Shown here: positions 61,457 to 64,000 of the stretch, in pieces
Layout: each line of letters begins with the position of its first letter
How positions within the stretch are numbered: position 1 is the first letter of the stretch
Assembly: GCA_963699245.1 (NCBI GenBank)
Contig: OY969426.1
Span: 1,326,316-1,390,315 of the forward strand
Length of the DNA stretch: 64,000 bases
Direction: 5' to 3'
DNA from: Thermoanaerobaculia bacterium
Lineage (GTDB): Bacteria; Acidobacteriota; Thermoanaerobaculia; Multivoradales; JAGPDF01
Translations under genes and position numbers: made by a program
The notes under the pieces: model-generated
What the model saw: the letters and a program-made list of their open reading frames with translations, nothing else
Database searches by the model: none
Told to the model about the DNA's origin: nothing

Positions 61457-63930
61457 TGAGCCGCGCCCCGCTCGGCGCGCTCGCGCTCGGCGCAGCGCTG
61501 GCGCTCGCCGCGGCGGCGCGCGGCGAGCAGCCGGCCGCCGCGCCGCCCGAAGCGGCGCCGGGCTTCCTCGCCGAGGTGGAGCCGCTCCTCACCCCGGCCG
61601 AACGCGAGGCTTACCTCAAGCTCGGCCGCCCCTACCAGCGCGACGCCTTCGAGCGCCGCTTCTGGCAGGTGCGCGATCCCTTCCCCGAAACACCGGTCAA
61701 CGAGTTCGCCGTGCGCTGGCGCGAGCGCGCGCCCGAAGCGCTGACGCGCTGGGGAAGCCTCGCCGACGCCCGTGCCGTCGCCTTCGCCGCCGCCGGCCCG
61801 CCGCTCTCCACCCTGCGCGTCACCTGCCCCGACCTGCTGCTGCCGGCCGAGATCTGGAGCTACGAGAACGTCGGCCGGCTGCGCGGCGGCTTCGCGGTCG
61901 TCTTCGTCGCCGAGGGGATGAGCGAGAGGTCGCGCTATCGCGCCTGGAATCCGCGCGAGGGCGCCCTCTCCCTCGCCACCGCCAGCGCGGCCGGCTCGCG
62001 CTCCGCGGGGCAACTTCTGTCCTCGGTCGCCGCCGCCTGCGGGCGCGGCGAGCAGATCGCCTCGATGATTCAGCTCGCCGTCGACTGGGACGCGGTCGTG
62101 CAGCGCGCGCAGCTCCTGCCGCACCCGAACGACGAATGGGTGCGCACCTTCGCCTCCCTTTCGACCGATCTGCCGCCAGGCGCCACGCCCCTGCCGGCGG
62201 AGGTCGAGATCCGGTTCGCCGGGCGACGCGGGCTGCGCGTCGTGAGCGAAGGGGCGATCCGCCTGCTCGACCCCCCCGCCGCCCCCTCGATGCTGACGCT
62301 CGACGGCGAGATCCTGCGCGGCGAGGAGCTCTTCGACCACTTCCGCTACCGCTACCAAACCGCGGCGGCGGCGAGCACGCCGCTGCTCTTCGAACGGCCG
62401 CTGCGGCCCGGCAGCTACCGCCTGATCCTCCGCCTGCACGAGGAAGAGGGGGAGCGCTACTTCCGCGACGAACGCGACCTGGTCGTCCCGGCGGAAGCGC
62501 TCGCCGCGGCCCCCGCCGGCGCGCCGCCGCCGGCGGCCGGCGCCAGCCCGTCCGTCGCCGCGCCTCTCGCCGCCGCGACGGACGTCGCCGCGGGCACCGA
62601 GCCCGGAGTCCGCATCCTCGTGCCGGCCAACGACCTGCTGACCGGCAAGCTGCGCGTCGAGGCGCTGCCGCGCGGCGAGGGGGTCGCGGCGGTGGCCTTC
62701 ACGCTCGACGGCCGGCCGGTGATGACCAAGAAGCGCCCCCCTTTCGGCGCCGAGCTCGACCTCGGGCGCACGCCGCGCCTGCACCGGATCGGCGCCATCG
62801 CCCTCGACGCCGGCGGCGCCGAGCTCGGCCGCGACGAGGCGCTGGTCAACGGCGGCCCGCACCGCTTCGCGGTTCGCCTCGTCGAGCCGCAGAGCATTCC
62901 GGAGGGCGCCGACCGGGTCGAGGCCCGCGCGACGGTCGACCTGCCGGAAGGCGAGAGCCTCGACCGGCTCGAGTTCCACGTCAACGACAAGCTCTACGCG
63001 ACGCTCTATCAGGAGCCTTTCACCCAGGCGCTGCCCCTGCCCCGGGGGGCGCGCGTGGCCTGGATCCGCGTCGTCGCCTTCCTCGCCGATGGCGGCGCCG
63101 CCGAGGACGTGCGGATGGTCGGTGCGGGCGAGATGACGACCGCGATCGACGTCGATTTCGTCGAGCTCTACGCCAGCATGCTCGACCGGCGGGGCCGCTT
63201 CGTGGAGGGACTCGCGGCCGGCGACGTCGAGGTGTTCGAGAACAGGAAGCCGCAGGAGATCCGCCGCTTCGAGCCGGTCGCCGACCTGCCGATCCACGCC
63301 GGCGTGCTGCTCGACACCTCGGCCTCGATGGCCGAGGAGCTCGGCGAGGCCGAGCGGGCCGCGCAGCGCTTCTTCGCCGAGGTGCTGACCGACCGCGACC
63401 GCGCCTGCGTGATGACCTTCGCCGACGAGCCGCGCCTCGCGGTGCGCTTCACCCGCAGCCCCGAGGTGCTCGCCGGCGGCCTCGCCGGCCTCGAGGCGCG
63501 CGGCGAGACCAAGCTCTGGGACGCGGTCGCTTTCGCGCTCCACTATTTCAGCGGCATCCGCGGCAAGCGGGCGGTGGTCCTGCTCACCGACGGCCTCGAC
63601 TCCGGGAGCAGGTTCAAGTTCGAGGAAGTCCTCGAATACGCCCGCCGCACCGGCGTCGCGATCTACATCGTCGGCCTCGATGTCCCCGTCAATCCGCCCG
63701 ATGTCGGCATGCTGATCGACCGGCTCGCGCGCGAGACCGGCGGACGCTCCTTCCGCATCTCGCGCGCGGTCGAGCTCGGCCCCGTCTACCGCGAAATCCA
63801 GCGCGAGTTGCGCGCGCAGTACCTGATCGCCTACCAGTCCGACGCCACCGGCGAGGCCTTCCGGGAGATCGAGGTGCGGGTGAAGCGCCCGGGCGTCGAG
63901 GTGCGGACCGTGCGAGGCTATTACCCCTGA
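61456..63930 (+). CDS. Large secreted protein with a C-terminal VWA domain (TIGR03436-like), paralog 2, intact
   Basis: MSRAPLGALALGAALALAAAARG (signal peptide); …YLKLGRPYQRDAFERRFWQVRDPFPET…; …HAGVLLDTSASM…VVLLTDGLDSGS… ends in …TVRGYYP. Its ATG overlaps the TGATGA double stop of paralog 1. Confidence 0.75.
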   Translation: MSRAPLGALALGAALALAAAARGEQPAAAPPEAAPGFLAEVEPLLTPAEREAYLKLGRPYQRDAFERRFWQVRDPFPETPVNEFAVRWRERAPEALTRWGSLADARAVAFAAAGPPLSTLRVTCPDLLLPAEIWSYENVGRLRGGFAVVFVAEGMSERSRYRAWNPREGALSLATASAAGSRSAGQLLSSVAAACGRGEQIASMIQLAVDWDAVVQRAQLLPHPNDEWVRTFASLSTDLPPGATPLPAEVEIRFAGRRGLRVVSEGAIRLLDPPAAPSMLTLDGEILRGEELFDHFRYRYQTAAAASTPLLFERPLRPGSYRLILRLHEEEGERYFRDERDLVVPAEALAAAPAGAPPPAAGASPSVAAPLAAATDVAAGTEPGVRILVPANDLLTGKLRVEALPRGEGVAAVAFTLDGRPVMTKKRPPFGAELDLGRTPRLHRIGAIALDAGGAELGRDEALVNGGPHRFAVRLVEPQSIPEGADRVEARATVDLPEGESLDRLEFHVNDKLYATLYQEPFTQALPLPRGARVAWIRVVAFLADGGAAEDVRMVGAGEMTTAIDVDFVELYASMLDRRGRFVEGLAAGDVEVFENRKPQEIRRFEPVADLPIHAGVLLDTSASMAEELGEAERAAQRFFAEVLTDRDRACVMTFADEPRLAVRFTRSPEVLAGGLAGLEARGETKLWDAVAFALHYFSGIRGKRAVVLLTDGLDSGSRFKFEEVLEYARRTGVAIYIVGLDVPVNPPDVGMLIDRLARETGGRSFRISRAVELGPVYREIQRELRAQYLIAYQSDATGEAFREIEVRVKRPGVEVRTVRGYYP

Positions 63931-64000
63931 TGCCCCGGCTTCTCCTCGCCTCCGGCTCGCCGCGGCGGCGCGCGCTGCTCGGCCGGCTCGGGTTCCCGTT
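63930..64000 (+). CDS. maf: Maf-like nucleoside-triphosphate pyrophosphatase, 5' fragment at the window edge
   Basis: MPRLLLASGSPRRRALLGRLGFP…. Confidence 0.6.
   Translation, partial: MPRLLLASGSPRRRALLGRLGFP

Overview
This is a 64 kb chromosomal segment with very high GC content (about 70%) and genes tightly packed on both strands. A tandem pair of large signal-peptide proteins carrying a C-terminal VWA domain (TIGR03436-like 'VWFA-related Acidobacterial domain') suggests an Acidobacteriota-like genome. The rest of the gene content is consistent with that.

Recognisable housekeeping blocks on the minus strand:
- mltD, partial at the left edge.
- An operon of aminotransferase, aldehyde dehydrogenase, enoyl-CoA hydratase, RidA, SDR oxidoreductase and mscL.
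- rplU-rpmA-obg-nadD-rsfS, followed by a receiver-less sigma-54-type activator.
- pfk and a sensor histidine kinase.
- gcvT-gcvH-gcvP.
- ada, then an SRPBCC protein, then a ribbon-helix-helix protein.
- Cysteine desulfurase and mnmA.

On the plus strand:
- An ectonucleotide pyrophosphatase/phosphodiesterase.
- An ECF sigma factor with a Ser/Thr kinase carrying TPR repeats.
- DinB, a Gfo/Idh/MocA oxidoreductase and three glycosyltransferases.
- hsp20.
- A peptide-type ABC importer (substrate-binding protein, dppB, dppC) followed by queA.
- A DUF1800/DUF1501 pair.
- A CN-hydrolase with nadE.
- rsmI.
- The two VWA giants, and maf (partial).

The most accessory-looking part is 2.7-14 kb:
- A RelE/ParE-type toxin-antitoxin pair.
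- A secreted ectonucleotide pyrophosphatase/phosphodiesterase convergent with a four-gene operon. The operon is translationally coupled (ATGA overlaps) and encodes a secreted unknown protein, a HEAT-repeat class-2-lipase-like hydrolase, an SGNH hydrolase and a polytopic-membrane patatin phospholipase. Its first two genes have visibly lower GC.
- A divergently transcribed ECF sigma factor / Ser/Thr kinase pair.
- A small Lys-rich protein whose start codon overlaps, as a CATG palindrome, the start of a tetrapyrrole-methylase-family methyltransferase.

A pervasive technical feature is that many clearly conserved genes are broken by single-base frameshifts. These include the essential GTPase obg, gcvP, gcvT, the ABC importer and the DUF1800/DUF1501 pair. 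Several of the breaks sit in G/C homopolymer runs. This pattern is typical of assembly indel errors rather than real pseudogenes.

No rRNA, tRNA, CRISPR array, transposase or integrase was recognised.
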